Shown here piece after piece: positions 1 to 8,710 of a stretch of DNA of 35,471 nucleotides. Numbering within the stretch: the first letter of the stretch is position 1; each line of letters begins with the position of its first letter. A program made the position numbers and the translations under genes. Below the pieces are notes generated by a model. The model had not been told where the DNA came from. It saw only the letters and a list, made by a program, of their open reading frames with translations, and made no database searches. The stretch is from Gammaproteobacteria bacterium. GTDB lineage: Bacteria > Pseudomonadota > Gammaproteobacteria > GCA-001735895. The stretch lies in assembly GCA_050298595.1 (NCBI GenBank), contig JBNKUM010000106.1, positions 1-35,471 on the forward strand, given 5' to 3'.

Positions 1-141
1 AGTTCGCTCCGCCAAATACTCACCCGTTCAGACTCCTTCGTCGCTTAGCTGCGGCTTCCGTGTTTGCTATTGCCCTTTGCCTCCCGGTCTTGCTTGCGAC
101 GCCGCGAGAGCATCAGGTGCGAGGCACTGACGCTTCGCTTA
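1..141. repeat. Terminal direct repeat, copy 1 (circular-assembly overlap)
   Basis: Bases 1-141 are identical to 35331-35471, indicating a circular molecule of 35,330 bp. Confidence 0.97.
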
Positions 142-166
142 ACGATTTACAGATGAGGGTATATAG

Positions 167-763
167 ATGGCTATTGAAAAAATGAGTGCAGCTTTTGAAA
201 AGGTACAGAATTATAGGGATGCTATGAATAAAGGCCGGTTGAAAATCATGGCGAAAGATTTATCTTGTGTAGTTTATTTTTACACAAACCTTCGTGGTGA
301 GCCTTGTTCTATCGGTTATCGCGGCAGGGCCAAAAAACCCTCTTTTAATTACCGCTACCAATCCGAAGCAAAAAGGGCTGAGAGAACAAATGAATGGATT
401 TTGGCGCAATCTGAAAGAAACGAGGCCAGTCGTAAACCTGCGCCACGCCTACTTGCGGTAGATGATGTACTACGTGCGTCCTGGGGGTACGATCAGACTA
501 ATATCGATTACTACAAAATTACAAAACTGATCGGCAAATCAATGGTTGAGGTTATTGAAATCGGGCAGATTTCAGAAAATAACGGTGGTATGAGCGGTGA
601 CTGTGTGCCGGATCCTAGTGCAGTGCTTGGCAAACCAATGCGCAGAAGAGCCACAGGTAACAGCGTTAGAATTGATAGCGTTCGCTACGCTAGCAAAGTC
701 GAGCCGAAAACAATAGCGGGTTGTGTATTGTATAAACCAGACCATTGGACGGCTTATCATTAA
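167..763 (+). CDS. Hypothetical plasmid protein with SWGYDQTNIDYY motif
   Basis: 198-aa ORF with GAGGG RBS; basic and aromatic-rich; lies directly downstream of the structured non-coding region. Confidence 0.75.
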   Translation: MAIEKMSAAFEKVQNYRDAMNKGRLKIMAKDLSCVVYFYTNLRGEPCSIGYRGRAKKPSFNYRYQSEAKRAERTNEWILAQSERNEASRKPAPRLLAVDDVLRASWGYDQTNIDYYKITKLIGKSMVEVIEIGQISENNGGMSGDCVPDPSAVLGKPMRRRATGNSVRIDSVRYASKVEPKTIAGCVLYKPDHWTAYH

Positions 764-770
764 GCCTATT

Positions 771-916
771 TGGGTAGCAATTTAGTATCAGGTGTTTGAT
801 GCCTTGAGCTTTATTGCTACCACTCGTTTGCCAGGATCCTCGCTTCAGCAGCTGGATATGCTACCAATACAAACACCTGGTACGCTTTACCAGGTGATCG
901 TACGGTAGCAATCGAT
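771..916. repeat. Intergenic cluster of GGTAGCA boxes and inverted repeats
   Basis: GGTAGCAA at 773 and 904, inverted copies at 814 and 859. CAGGTGTTTG (789) pairs with CAAACACCTG (870). Hairpin CACCTGGTA-5nt-TACCAGGTG at 874-896. Lies between convergent genes. Confidence 0.7.
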
Positions 917-921
917 AGGAA

Positions 922-1113
922 CTAGTACATTTCTTTTAGATCCCTTAAATATTCCACTCGTAAAGCAGAGCCTTTAGCGGCGCATTTACTGCAAACCAGT
1001 TTGTCAGTGGCTCGGCGTTTTTCGTGGGGTAATAATATTTCAGAAGTGTGACCGCAATTTGTGCAAGTAACTTTTATCGGTGAGCCTTTTTTTTCTTCAT
1101 TGCGTGATTTCAT
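922..1113 (-). CDS. Small zinc-ribbon protein
   Basis: CTNC...CSKC (two CxxC pairs) in a 63-aa ORF. Confidence 0.65.
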   Translation of the reverse strand: MKSRNEEKKGSPIKVTCTNCGHTSEILLPHEKRRATDKLVCSKCAAKGSALRVEYLRDLKEMY

Positions 1114-1159
1114 TTAAAAGTCTCGTACTATTACGGGCGGTGGCCCTGGATTGGTTTCT

Positions 1160-1384
1160 CTATGGATAGTCATCGACACCCAGCAAAGACAGGACTTCCA
1201 AAAACCACGCCGCTTTATAATTCCCTTTAGATAACCTGTTATTAATTTGGGACTGGGTTACTTTACTTCCATTTTCGTTGAGCATTAATGCCAGTTCTGG
1301 CGCTTTGATACCTTTTGCGGCCATCGCTGTTTTTATGATCCTGCTCGCTTTTTGGCCCCAGTCTATGCTTTCTTGGTTAGTCAA
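1160..1384 (-). CDS. XRE-like HTH repressor (DUF6471-like)
   Basis: Pattern W..KASRIIK..M...GI...ELA..L...G......INNRLSKG.Y.A.WFL..L..LG resembles DUF6471 proteins; TTG start; divergent promoter with operators upstream. Confidence 0.75.
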   Translation of the reverse strand: MTNQESIDWGQKASRIIKTAMAAKGIKAPELALMLNENGSKVTQSQINNRLSKGNYKAAWFLEVLSLLGVDDYP

Positions 1385-1388
1385 AATA

Positions 1389-1488
1389 TATCCTATCAGG
1401 TTATTTATTAATCCTACCAGAGTATAAATGTATCTTTTTTGCTTGTCTATTATATCCTGTGGGGATATAATTCAATCCTATGAAGATT
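1389..1488. promoter_or_regulatory. Divergent sigma70 promoters with four 15-bp imperfect palindromic operators
   Basis: Rightward TTGTCT(1443)-17-TATAAT(1466). Leftward TAGACA(1449)-17-TATACT(1426). Operators of type WATCCT-N3-AGGATW at 1389, 1410, 1453 and 1474. Confidence 0.8.
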
Positions 1489-1504
1489 ATCATATCTGGA
1501 GATA

Positions 1505-1813
1505 ATGGAAATGGAACAAAGCAACCGTACACCACAATTTTTTATTCAGCGCCATGTAAGTCGTATTAACCAGCGACTACTTGGCCTTTCAGGTGCACAT
1601 GATTTTATCATGAATAAGATGGCTCTCTTGAATAGCACTTTGACCCTTTTAAAAAAGACGCACGGTTTTTTTGCCTGTCGTTTTAACAGCTTCTTAAAAG
1701 ACAAAATCCAGGCGTTAAAAGATCGTATTGCTAAATTGCAATTGCGTTGCCGCGCAGTGCTAGCCGAAATCGGCCAGCTGGGCGTTATGTTACAAAACCC
1801 TTTCAGAGGATGA
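1505..1813 (+). CDS. Hypothetical basic coiled-coil protein
   Basis: GGAG RBS just upstream; first gene after the strong promoter; heptad-like pattern. Confidence 0.65.
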   Translation: MEMEQSNRTPQFFIQRHVSRINQRLLGLSGAHDFIMNKMALLNSTLTLLKKTHGFFACRFNSFLKDKIQALKDRIAKLQLRCRAVLAEIGQLGVMLQNPFRG

Positions 1814-2094
1814 TTGATATGGACGATCTGGAGCACGCACTTGATGCGCTTGATATCCAACACCACAAGGACAGGCTTTCGGTTCTTAAATCTGCCCTGT
1901 ACGACTGTATATTCTCGATGAGTGAGCGTGAACGTGAAGAGATCAAAGGAATGCTCAAGCGTAATGAGCTTAGCTGTTTCGCCCAGATACAGCAGATATT
2001 GGAAAGTGAAGCTTCTTGGGTCATGGAAATGACCTCAGTCCTTAAAAAGGATCTGGTGACGAGCAATGACAAACCAGAATACAAAGGTTTGTGA
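1810..2094 (+). CDS. Hypothetical helical protein
   Basis: Part of ORF 1747-2094; start reassigned to ATG 1810 because of the ATGA overlap with the upstream stop. Confidence 0.65.
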   Translation: MIDMDDLEHALDALDIQHHKDRLSVLKSALYDCIFSMSEREREEIKGMLKRNELSCFAQIQQILESEASWVMEMTSVLKKDLVTSNDKPEYKGL

Positions 2095-2203
2095 CTGTGG
2101 TCTCGGTGATGGATTTTATCACTGCTATTGACCGGCATCCGCTATTCAGTTTTTTACATTTTATTATTCACCCCATAGAAAACCTATATTACACGGAGTA
2201 GAT

Positions 2204-2461
2204 ATGACAAACCCAACTCAAGCTAAACCTCCTGTTCTCGATCAGAGAATTATGCCTCAGCGGCAGAACAGGGCTAAAGCAAACGGACCAAGAACTACTG
2301 TCGCAAAACTTGCAATTGACGCGACCAGAGAAGTAGATGAGCTGAGGATAGCTGAGTTTAAGCTGTACGTTAAATCAGTTAAATATCAGTTCGCCACATA
2401 CGTTCTTACCGCAATAGTTATAGCTCAAACTGCGATCAATTTCTGGTATGCTTGTTTTTGA
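2204..2461 (+). CDS. Hypothetical protein with C-terminal transmembrane helix
   Basis: GGAG RBS; hydrophobic segment FATYVLTAIVIAQTAINFWYACF at the C-terminus. Confidence 0.7.
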   Translation: MTNPTQAKPPVLDQRIMPQRQNRAKANGPRTTVAKLAIDATREVDELRIAEFKLYVKSVKYQFATYVLTAIVIAQTAINFWYACF

Positions 2462-2487
2462 GCAAACATTGATTGAGGGGGTTCCAA

Positions 2488-2706
2488 ATGGATACGCGGC
2501 CTATATGTAAAAGTATAAATGGTACTATTGCTGAAACGGAATGCTGCGGTGAGGGAGACAATGCTATTTGCAATAGCTGCGACCGATTAAACACAGAGAT
2601 CTCAGTCAAACCTTTTAGCCAATATTTGATCGAACCCGATGACAACTTTTGTGATGGCTACCTGGGTAATTATAAACCCAGTCCATCCCGTCCAGATTTA
2701 GAATGA
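2488..2706 (+). CDS. Small Cys-rich hypothetical protein
   Basis: GAGGGG RBS before ATG 2488; six Cys including CC and CxxC. Confidence 0.6.
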   Translation: MDTRPICKSINGTIAETECCGEGDNAICNSCDRLNTEISVKPFSQYLIEPDDNFCDGYLGNYKPSPSRPDLE

Positions 2707-2715
2707 TTAAACAAA

Positions 2716-3255
2716 ATGAGTAGCGATACATCATATGATGATTTTGAATTCCTTGCTGTAATCGGTATTCCAAAATCAAAAAGGGTATTGTGCCAGGCGG
2801 TAGGCTGTGGTCATTCTGTCTACAAAAGAGTCCATGTTTTTAGGCTAGGTGGCAATATCAGTATCTATGGATCAGAATGTGCAAAAAAAATACTTGGTGC
2901 ACAAGAAAATGAACATACACCTCGTTATACATCTGCAACTGGTATCAATCTAAGTGAACTTGATGCTCAGATGCTGAAAGATAACACAGGCAAATTACTT
3001 GAGAAATTACGGATCAAATACTCAGAATCCTTAGCAGCTAATCAGCTCCAGGAAAGCATTCTTAATTCAAATGTTCAAGATGCTGAAAATAAAGTTGCCG
3101 AGCGCAATAATGATAATCATCAAAAGCTAAGTACTGAAGAATTACATAATCATCATATAGAGCTACTGAAAGATTTGGCGTTGCGCGGGGATCCAAGAGC
3201 CAGAAAAGATCTAGAATTTTTTTTAGCTCAAAAAAAGGATAAGAAAGAGAATTGA
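2716..3255 (+). CDS. Hypothetical protein with putative Zn-binding N-terminal domain
   Basis: CQAVGCGH...H...GSEC motif; 179 aa. Confidence 0.7.
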   Translation: MSSDTSYDDFEFLAVIGIPKSKRVLCQAVGCGHSVYKRVHVFRLGGNISIYGSECAKKILGAQENEHTPRYTSATGINLSELDAQMLKDNTGKLLEKLRIKYSESLAANQLQESILNSNVQDAENKVAERNNDNHQKLSTEELHNHHIELLKDLALRGDPRARKDLEFFLAQKKDKKEN

Positions 3256-3305
3256 TTTAACAGTTCTAGTAAGATTATTTTCAGGTATTTAAATGAGGAA
3301 AAACT

Positions 3306-3491
3306 ATGCATAAAACACCGATTGACAGAAACACGTTCATAGTAGAAACCGCACGTGATATATTCGTAACAATGTTTACTCGTCCAGATAAAGAGCAAAA
3401 TGCAGGAGTGGCCATTTATGAAGCAGAAGAACTTTGGGATCGTCTTGTGAAATCTGGGTATGTTCCAGCCAAGGGTCAGGATCAAGCCTGA
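3306..3491 (+). CDS. Small hypothetical protein
   Basis: GAGGA RBS; 61 aa; same orientation as the surrounding genes. Confidence 0.6.
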   Translation: MHKTPIDRNTFIVETARDIFVTMFTRPDKEQNAGVAIYEAEELWDRLVKSGYVPAKGQDQA

Positions 3492-3602
3492 TGGGTGGGC
3501 AATATAACAACCAATGGCCAAGTGGTCGGCATCACTGAAGATGACCTGGCAAGTCATCGTGAAAAATTTCATCGAACACAAAGAGAAAAGGAGTTGCTGC
3601 AT

Positions 3603-3857
3603 ATGAAAGTGGATGTATATACAAGTGAAACAAAAACTAATACTTCGCTTATTGTCCCAACCGGTAAAGATCTCTCGTCTTTAAAGGGTGCAGCCGCTAA
3701 GACTGCGGACGATCTAAAACCCTGGGTTCAGCAGAAACATAGACGAGATCTTTCTCGTATAGCGACAGGTGAATTATTGAATGATTTGTCGAACCAACTG
3801 CAAGAGTTTGGAGCTGGATTAATGGAAACTTCAGTCACTGTTAAAGGATTCTCTTAA
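3603..3857 (+). CDS. Hypothetical protein (weakly YcgL-like N-terminus)
   Basis: AAGGAG RBS before ATG 3603 inside ORF 3495-3857. MKVDVYTS...LIVP.G.DLS.L recalls YcgL-type domains; family call is tentative. Confidence 0.55.
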   Translation: MKVDVYTSETKTNTSLIVPTGKDLSSLKGAAAKTADDLKPWVQQKHRRDLSRIATGELLNDLSNQLQEFGAGLMETSVTVKGFS

Positions 3858-3898
3858 CAGCCAGTTTACACAAAACCCTGATTTTGTCTCCCTCCCTC

Positions 3899-3926
3899 AA
3901 AAGCGCTTTGTGTAGCGCTTTTTTTA
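3899..3926 (+). terminator. Rho-independent terminator
   Basis: AAAAGCGCT-ttgtgt-AGCGCTTTT followed by a T-run. Confidence 0.85.
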
Positions 3927-3940
3927 TGTCTATCCACCAT

Positions 3941-3992
3941 TTAACTGTTGACTTGTCGCTAGTTATGTATACACTTTAACTATAGCTAAAGT
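3941..3992 (+). promoter_or_regulatory. Sigma70 promoter with operator-like elements
   Basis: TTGACT(3948)-16-TACACT(3970). TTAACTGTTGAC is shared with the promoter at 15491-15502. Near-palindrome ACTTTAACTATAGCTAAAGT at 3973-3992. Confidence 0.65.
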
Positions 3993-4034
3993 ATCTTTTA
4001 GCCTGTTTTTTAACCTAATTTAGAGGGATTTTTG

Positions 4035-4289
4035 ATGTCTCACATGAACGCCGAACAGGTCAACGAATGGATCCAAAATTGGATGAATGATAACTCTATC
4101 GACGAGGAGGACCCTGCCGAAAGACTTGACAATGACATGTTGCGCCTGGGCGCTGTTTCTATTCTACAGTTTGCCAGAGACGCGGGACTGATTGACCTGG
4201 CCGAATACCAAAAGGGTATGAATCCCATTGTGAACCGCACTCACCCAGAATTGGGCGAATATTATTATTCCCCCGATGATGAATCATAG
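4035..4289 (+). CDS. Small acidic hypothetical protein
   Basis: RBS TAGAGGGATTTTT before ATG 4035; strongly D/E-rich. Confidence 0.7.
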   Translation: MSHMNAEQVNEWIQNWMNDNSIDEEDPAERLDNDMLRLGAVSILQFARDAGLIDLAEYQKGMNPIVNRTHPELGEYYYSPDDES

Positions 4290-4300
4290 AGGGATTTTTA

Positions 4301-5425
4301 ATGACCAACATTACCACACTAATTAACGAAGCTGACGTTCTTGAAATAGCCAGCACCACCAAACACAGCAAAACACATAAACCTCTATTGAAGTCCTTAA
4401 AAAAGCATTTTCCAAACTATGATTTCCATTTGATGGGTCGTGGTAATTCCTGGAGTTTAATAGATGGCCGACTTCTGGACTCTGGCAATGTTGAGATTGC
4501 CACCAGCTGGCGGAATTGGTTAGAGAAACAGTATCAGTTAAATGGTGAAGATCTGTCGGCCACCGTTGCCCAGGTGCAGCAATATAAATATCGTATTACT
4601 CAATACGAAGGGCATTATATTTTTGTTGCTGTGAAATCAGGAGATCTGGCCGCTGATTTTATTCAGCTCCAGATAGAGGTGATTACCTCGGAAGAAGTAA
4701 AAGCAACACTAGGCCAGAAACAACATTACCGACTGGATGATTTTAGCGATTTATTGAACTGGGTTGAAAGTCCTGATTTCTCTTTTGACCCCGTCCCTAT
4801 TGCCGGTGCCAAGTCTTACCGACAAGTGTACATGACAAATACCTCGAAGTTTTTGGCCCAGGCTGAAGAGTGTTATCGGGCTGAATTGTTACATCATGTA
4901 AACACTATGTCATTTAATGTCTCTGATCACGGCAGCATGATATCTCAGACCAGGGTTGATGATGGCAGCGGTAAATATTCAATGCTCGATTTACACCCTG
5001 ATTATTTAAAGCAAAAGCTTGGCATTACCCGACTATTCGAAGACTGGGACACGTCCAGCGCGGGACAATCTGGCTCAGTCTTCTATGAGCATTGGTTCCT
5101 AAATTTTATCGATAACCAGAAGTATCTTAAAGAGGGAGAGCTGCGCAGCATGCATGCGATCCCTGGATGGTGTACCGCCAAGAAATTACCCGCTGTAAAG
5201 ATCACAAGCAATGATACGCCCTTCTCGGTGATGGATAAGCTAACAAAGTTTGACCGGAAAATTGGACACCCTTTCGCTTGGTATTTTTTTATGCTGCATG
5301 GCAATCGCATCAGCTCAGACGTAGGTAAATACATCGCCGAATCTTTGCTTGAAGAGCGCTTGTCCCTACCCGCGCAGGACCGAGAAGTTTTATTGCGCTG
5401 GTACAAAACCCCGTACGGGTTTTAA
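4301..5425 (+). CDS. Hypothetical mobile-element protein (HPFAWYFFMLHGNRI motif)
   Basis: 374-aa ORF with the same TAGAGGGATTTTT RBS as the upstream gene; function not recognised. Confidence 0.8.
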   Translation: MTNITTLINEADVLEIASTTKHSKTHKPLLKSLKKHFPNYDFHLMGRGNSWSLIDGRLLDSGNVEIATSWRNWLEKQYQLNGEDLSATVAQVQQYKYRITQYEGHYIFVAVKSGDLAADFIQLQIEVITSEEVKATLGQKQHYRLDDFSDLLNWVESPDFSFDPVPIAGAKSYRQVYMTNTSKFLAQAEECYRAELLHHVNTMSFNVSDHGSMISQTRVDDGSGKYSMLDLHPDYLKQKLGITRLFEDWDTSSAGQSGSVFYEHWFLNFIDNQKYLKEGELRSMHAIPGWCTAKKLPAVKITSNDTPFSVMDKLTKFDRKIGHPFAWYFFMLHGNRISSDVGKYIAESLLEERLSLPAQDREVLLRWYKTPYGF

Positions 5426-5427
5426 TC

Positions 5428-5811
5428 ATGAGCCTGGTCTACTGTTGCCACTCATCAAAGTTTTACCATGCGGTGAGCTGCTGGATCGATAACAGAACAG
5501 ACGAAGATTCATTATTTGTTTTACCATCCTTCAGATCGTTTTTTTGCGCGCCAATTCCTGTTGGCCGCAATATGACACCAGTCATGTTTTTTATGCCTGG
5601 AACGCCTGTGCTGACCTTTCAGGCCTCTTATGCACTGGATCATCTAAAGCCCTGGATAAACAAAAATATCATGCTGAATCCCTTGTATGTAGAGCGGATA
5701 AAACAGGTTGGCCAACTGATGGCCGAATTAATTAGCAATGAGCGTTGGGCAGTTAGTAATGGCCTGATCGTCAGTGATTTGTTATCTGAAGAACCACGGA
5801 GGTTCGCGTAA
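5428..5811 (+). CDS. Hypothetical protein
   Basis: Fills the gap between neighbours (2-nt gap upstream, TAATG overlap downstream). Confidence 0.6.
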   Translation: MSLVYCCHSSKFYHAVSCWIDNRTDEDSLFVLPSFRSFFCAPIPVGRNMTPVMFFMPGTPVLTFQASYALDHLKPWINKNIMLNPLYVERIKQVGQLMAELISNERWAVSNGLIVSDLLSEEPRRFA

Positions 5812-6488
5812 TGTCATCAACAGCTCTTCATATAGAAAGCTATTTTCCACCGGAACGTAATCACCTGGACTGGGCTCACTTAATCAAACGCCGCAAATGG
5901 GTTTTAGAACATATTGAGGACGTACCACCCTATTTACTGCTGCCAGAGATTCACTCTATTTTATGTAACGTGATAGACCCAGATCTGCATTTTTTTATAA
6001 ATACGATTTGGCATATAGGTGCAAGGATATCTGAAGCCCTGGAGCTAACACCGCAACATTTTAGCATCGATGATCCAACAATTAGTTATGCATCGATTAG
6101 AACATATAAGAAGCGTACGGCAATAGGGGAAAAAAGGCCTGTTCGCAGTGTACCTATCTATGACCATACGTATAAAAGTGAGCTGATGAGCTACTGTTAT
6201 TCAAAAGGTATAGCTCGCAGTAGTGTTTTATTTCCATTTGTGCGCGGTACCTACAACAAGAAACTGGAACGTCTTCAGGATCGACTGGCTTCTAATGATT
6301 TGGTTTACCCAGTTAAATTAACACCTCATGTGTTCCGCCATAGCTTCGCTATTCACTGTCTGCTGAACAGAATTCACCTCAACGATATACAGAGATATCT
6401 AGGTCACAAAAACATCAGTGAGACAGAAATCTATACCAGGATATTCACAGGCGAAACAGACGTTTATATGTCTGCCGTTCAATTTTAG
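5811..6488 (+). CDS. Tyrosine recombinase (ResD/Rsd-like multimer resolvase)
   Basis: GARISEAL, HVFRHSFA and LGHKNISETEIYT catalytic motifs; P.YLL.PE N-terminal motif; no arm-binding domain. Confidence 0.92.
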   Translation: MSSTALHIESYFPPERNHLDWAHLIKRRKWVLEHIEDVPPYLLLPEIHSILCNVIDPDLHFFINTIWHIGARISEALELTPQHFSIDDPTISYASIRTYKKRTAIGEKRPVRSVPIYDHTYKSELMSYCYSKGIARSSVLFPFVRGTYNKKLERLQDRLASNDLVYPVKLTPHVFRHSFAIHCLLNRIHLNDIQRYLGHKNISETEIYTRIFTGETDVYMSAVQF

Positions 6489-6497
6489 GAGAACAAC

Positions 6498-6896
6498 ATG
6501 GCCGTTATTCATATTCGTAGAGTAGATCAAATTCGACCCACTCTTGATGAGTTCAAAAAAGACAACCCTCATATATACGCTGCTGATAGTAGAGCAATCG
6601 AGCATATGGTTCTCAACTATTCGCGCATGTCGAAAGAGTTGGCTGCTGCCAAGTTACACATAGAAAAATTGCAGCATAGGCTTGAACATTATAACGATGA
6701 CAAGGCGCGTCTTAGCGAAGCATTGCAACCCTTTTTGGTTGCCCTTGAACCTAATAGCAGGTGCTGTAAAAATTGCGCTGTCTGGGATTTCAAGTATGTG
6801 CAAAGAGGTGTAGCGGTAGGCGGATGTTTACACTTAGATAACGAAGATAACACCACTAACGAAATGCACTCATGCAAATTGCATGAGACTATTTGA
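6498..6896 (+). CDS. Hypothetical coiled-coil protein with C-terminal Cys/His cluster
   Basis: AGGAG RBS; CCKNC...GGC...CKLH. Confidence 0.7.
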   Translation: MAVIHIRRVDQIRPTLDEFKKDNPHIYAADSRAIEHMVLNYSRMSKELAAAKLHIEKLQHRLEHYNDDKARLSEALQPFLVALEPNSRCCKNCAVWDFKYVQRGVAVGGCLHLDNEDNTTNEMHSCKLHETI

Positions 6897-6920
6897 AATT
6901 ACGACATCTTGAGTAGACCC

Positions 6921-7226
6921 ATGGAAACTGAAAACAATCATAATACTGGCGTTGAATTAACCGACCTTAAAGCCGCGTATGATGCAGGTCGGGTAAGGCA
7001 CTTTACCCCGTACTGTGTGCGATATAATGAATATACACTTGATATTGAGGTGTTGACGAGCAAAGCAGACAACAGCGGGGATACTTGGAGAAAGCAATCT
7101 GTAAAAAAAGACGGCGAAACACTCTGGTGTAAATCGCTGGATGATGTTTTGTCAGTGTTGGCAAATGAAGGTCTAGCTGATGCCTATAAATTGCGATTTA
7201 ACCATGATGGAAGTATAAACTGGTAG
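6921..7226 (+). CDS. Hypothetical protein
   Basis: Last ORF of the + strand run (ORF 6909-7226; ATG at 6921). Confidence 0.6.
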   Translation: METENNHNTGVELTDLKAAYDAGRVRHFTPYCVRYNEYTLDIEVLTSKADNSGDTWRKQSVKKDGETLWCKSLDDVLSVLANEGLADAYKLRFNHDGSINW

Positions 7227-7616
7227 CAATCGATTTGCCTGGCCGGCTGAAATTCGGCTCAGCATGGTAGCAAATGTTTCGACCGTCCCCTGGTTTATGA
7301 CTCATGATTGATAGCATCCGACTTTTGAGTGTGGCCCGATCATGTTGGACTAGCAGGGGCATTTGAACAGAAACTTACGGTTTCACCCTCGCAGATTCAC
7401 CTCAAACCGTAAATTCCTGTACGGATTCACCCTACTTGGCATTCAATCTCTGGAGTTTGAAGTCCAACGGAACGAAAACGTACGCTAAGCACTTCTACTC
7501 TTCGTTGGAAGAGGTCTCTCGTTCAACAAAGTAGGTTCCATTCGGTAGCACATGTTGGTGCCGGTTTGTTAAGTGGTAACATTCTTTCCCTATTGCCCAA
7601 TAGCCTACCTACCCTA

Positions 7617-7841
7617 CTACCACCACCACCGAAGGAAATATTCTCGTCTGTCGAACCTTACTGGAGGCGATGTCACTAACCAGCTTAATATAATTAATAA
7701 AATAATTGGGACACTTAAAGTAGTTAAAGATAGAGCCACAGCCGCCATCAACAAACAAGCGCAAGCCAAAATAACCATCTTAATTATTGTCCAAATAATC
7801 AATATCCTTAAATATCCTTTGCTCCGATTAGCTAGGTTCAT
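7617..7841 (-). CDS. Small membrane protein
   Basis: GAGGT RBS; about 45-aa hydrophobic stretch. Confidence 0.6.
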   Translation of the reverse strand: MNLANRSKGYLRILIIWTIIKMVILACACLLMAAVALSLTTLSVPIILLIILSWLVTSPPVRFDRREYFLRWWW

Positions 7842-7975
7842 AATTACCTCAAGTGATTCCTTAAATCACTAACGTACACACTTTTTACAAAACACAAAAC
7901 CAGGTGGAAACCCGCAAAATTGTGAGCCTAGCGCTTCTGTCAGTACTCTGGGTAGGCCTTATAGGAATGTTGATA

Positions 7976-8584
7976 TTAAAATCCTGGTGGTAATTTTGTG
8001 TGTACCGCTGATTTAATAGGTTTCAAAGACTCGGTAATACCTAATGTTTTAGCGACAGCATAAACCATTGGTCTAAGCAGTACTCCCTGCTCAACCTCCA
8101 TTAAATTACGAAAATGTATTTTATGAAGAGTATTTGCTCTTTTACTGCGCCTATCAAAATCAAATTCACATAACTCAGGGCTGCTTTCAGCAACATAAGT
8201 ACGACAAACTAATGGGCGGGCTGTATACACCATGCATCTCCCATCTTCTAAAAATAAGCAGGGAATTCGAAGTTTATTAATTTGTCGCTCCGCAGAGATT
8301 AAATCATCTTCTGTTAATGGATTATAAACCGATGCATTAGGTGTAATATGGTTGAACTTCCTTATCCATTCTTCCCCACTTTCTTTAGCTTTGACGCGCT
8401 GCTCCATGTTTAAAGATGACAATATGTAGCGCTCTAACACCAACCCCTCCTGAGAAAATATCGATACACTTTGGTGGCAACATGCTGAACATCCCTCGGT
8501 GCATACTTTAGGGATGTTTTTCATTGCCCAGTCAACTCGTTTAAGGCAGTTTTTAGTATCTCGATAAACCTTTTCTACATTCAT
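7976..8584 (-). CDS. YkgJ/UPF0153-family cysteine-cluster protein
   Basis: CTEGCSACC and CLFLEDGRCMVYTARPLVCRTY motifs. Confidence 0.9.
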   Translation of the reverse strand: MNVEKVYRDTKNCLKRVDWAMKNIPKVCTEGCSACCHQSVSIFSQEGLVLERYILSSLNMEQRVKAKESGEEWIRKFNHITPNASVYNPLTEDDLISAERQINKLRIPCLFLEDGRCMVYTARPLVCRTYVAESSPELCEFDFDRRSKRANTLHKIHFRNLMEVEQGVLLRPMVYAVAKTLGITESLKPIKSAVHTKLPPGF

Positions 8585-8710
8585 TATTCAATAGTCCGTT
8601 TTCTATGTGTAAAAATTAAAAGATTATTTTTTTTATCTGCTAAATAATCGATAAATCTCACTTTTTCTCAACCACTTCATATCTGTCATTGAATTCTGCT
8701 ATTGGATATT

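Noticed and set aside
110-125. nic-like sequence GCATCAGGTGCGAGGC (also ATCAGGTGT at 787) as a second oriT
   Set aside because: Opposite strand, no preceding TGCAAC hairpin, and a mismatch at the cleavage position; chance similarity is plausible.
1-141. Terminal repeat as an att site, LTR or phage terminal repeat
   Set aside because: It lies exactly at both contig ends with a length typical of assembler overlap, and no phage structural genes are present.
5811-6488. Recombinase as an integron integrase, shufflon invertase or ICE integrase
   Set aside because: Short catalytic-only protein with a ResD-like signature; no attC arrays, inverted cassette repeats or tRNA-end att site were seen.
7573-7872. 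99-aa plus-strand ORF
   Set aside because: Antisense shadow of the 7617-7841 membrane protein gene, which has a good RBS.
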